DNA of 63,994 nucleotides, the filler included, from Phoronis australis (taxonomy: Eukaryota; Animalia; Phoronida): NCBI GenBank assembly GCA_002633005.1. It is 5 parts of 5 records of this genome, joined end to end, with 100 filler letters (N's around TTAATTAATTAA, not from the genome) between each part and the next. Parts side by side here need not be neighbours in the genome. Positions count along the whole stretch, not along the records: positions 62,403 to 63,994 come from NMRA01000403.1; 4 more parts are not named here. One strand, written 5' to 3'. Positions 62,303-63,994 of this stretch are shown piece by piece (the stretch's first letter is position 1; every line of letters begins with the position of its first letter). Below the pieces are notes generated by a model. The model was not told the origin of the DNA. It did no database searches and was given only the letters and a program-made list of their open reading frames with translations. A program made the translations under genes and the position numbers.

Positions 62303-63706
62303 NNNNNNNNNNNNNNNNNNNNNNNNNNNNNNNNNNNNNNNNNNNNTTAATTAATTAANNNNNNNNNNNNNNNNNNNNNNNNNNNNNNNNNNNNNNNNNN
62401 NNTACGTCACGAGACTAAGCAGCGCTCCAAGCCGGTAATTTTTTTAGCTTCGTTAGAGAATATAAGTTTAATTTTTGGTGTTGAATTATTTGTGAAATTA
62501 ATCAACAATTCATAGAAAACTATCCAGAATTTATTCAGAATAAATTACAGTTCCCTTTTAAGTTGGGCCAACCTTCTGATTAATTTCGCATTTTTTGTAG
62601 TTTCATTGCATAAAAGTAGTTTTCATTTAATTTTAATCGTAGCATGATCACTAAACTGGGATATGGTTACAAAAGATGACAGGCCTGGTTTAGTGGCAAA
62701 AATGGCTGTTTACATGTACATACGTAACTCATGACAAATTCTTTTTTACAGCTTCATAAATCTAAATATCGAGTTTGAACAACTTCAAAATGCGCTCTCT
62801 CTTTCTCTACAGGCGAAGTGTATACTGGAGGTTCTCATCAAAAAGTAATTCAACTGTTTTTTCGTGACATCAGCTCGAACAAGGCTTTGAGTTCAGTAAT
62901 CCAGTGCCTATCGAATCTCTCAATTTTCGCCAAGAGAGAAGTCCAGTTGAACGCCATCCTACGGGTATATGAATAATAAAAAACGCACCTCTGCTACTAA
63001 ACAAAACGATGTAAATTAGGTCGAAATAAATGAGAAATAATAAAAATGTCCTTCAAATCAACAGCTCCCAGGGATTACCGCTAGGCTAGTGCTGAGCCAG
63101 CAGTGCCGAGTCAAAGGCAGCCAGACGAGTGAAACTGCCAAGTCAAAATCAGAGAGAACTACACTACATGTATAGCCACCAAACTGAAAAGTGCGTGTCT
63201 TGAAACAAATATTCGTGTGTTTAACTTTCGAGTAATCAAGTAACATTGACAATGTTCAACCGCTCGGCGTGTGGCCGTTCACACAATTTGATCCCGGCAT
63301 AGTTTACACCTTTCGACATCACTCTTCGGCTTTGGAGATGTCCAAAATGACAGGGTATTCTTCTCGAGCAGCGTAACGTCTGTTGGAACTTTCTTAGCAA
63401 AAAATACGACTAACGGAACCGCAACAATGGCATGCTGCTGTGGATGACATAGATGAATTTTATTTGACTCATACGTTTTACATGTACTTTAAATATCAAA
63501 CGTGTTTCTGAATCTTAAACTCAGATACATTCTCAGAAAAAATCAAAGCCATTCTTAACCTTGAATATGTCTCAATTGTCTAGTCAAAGGTCATTTAGCG
63601 GATATTTAGGGCTAGCCTCATAAAGTTTCAGGAAAATCTGTGTTGGTCGATGTTGAACGATGAGTAGGCGCTCTCATAAATTGGTACTTTTAACTTGGAA
63701 AAATGT

Positions 63707-63728
63707 CTCTGAGGGTTAACCCTCAGAG
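63707..63728. mobile_element. junction of two piggyBac-like termini sharing one TTAA
   Basis: Perfect palindrome CTCTGAGGG-TTAA-CCCTCAGAG. Confidence 0.55.
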
Positions 63729-63994
63729 GCCCACGGGGTCATCTGTGACCCCTAAAATTGATGTGATCACCACTTGTTTTTAAACGGGATTATTTGGGCA
63801 TTTTCATTGACAACCGAGCAAAGGATATAGCACGTGTGGACATGAAACTAGTGCCATTTAGTAGTGATAGGCTATTGTAATACATACGATTAGTCAAAAG
63901 TTTGTTTTTTTGCCCGCTTAATGGTCAACATGTACTTTTACAGAGTATATCTTGAACTATTCGAATATCCAGATGCAGTGGCTACACATCAGTT

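Overview
AT-rich animal genomic DNA, most likely a marine invertebrate (mollusc-like by repeat style; inference). There is no prokaryotic signal: no rRNA, CRISPR or operons. The window is mostly nested, decayed transposons. These include a spliced Harbinger (HARBI1-like) transposase, two inverted copies of a composite DIRS/Ngaro-type tyrosine-recombinase retroelement relic, a CR1/L2-type LINE, and two Penelope-like elements (one with hammerhead ribozymes and a 15-bp TSD). There are also Kolobok-, hAT-, Gypsy-, piggyBac- and CACTA-like fragments, foldback hairpins and satellites. The only large intact ORF (43798-47343, minus) is a PHYHIP C-terminal-domain protein with a long tail of ~220-aa repeats in an ABAB pattern. 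The most unusual candidate system is a decayed two-gene DNA transposon at ~29.1-33.3 kb: a YqaJ-like exonuclease lies upstream of a P-element-like transposase, facing a convergent spliced Cys-rich gene. Four 100-nt gaps with a TTAATTAATTAA linker are artificial scaffold joins, so synteny across them is uncertain. All family calls come from manual translation and motif recognition; no searches were run, and coordinates of decayed elements are approximate.
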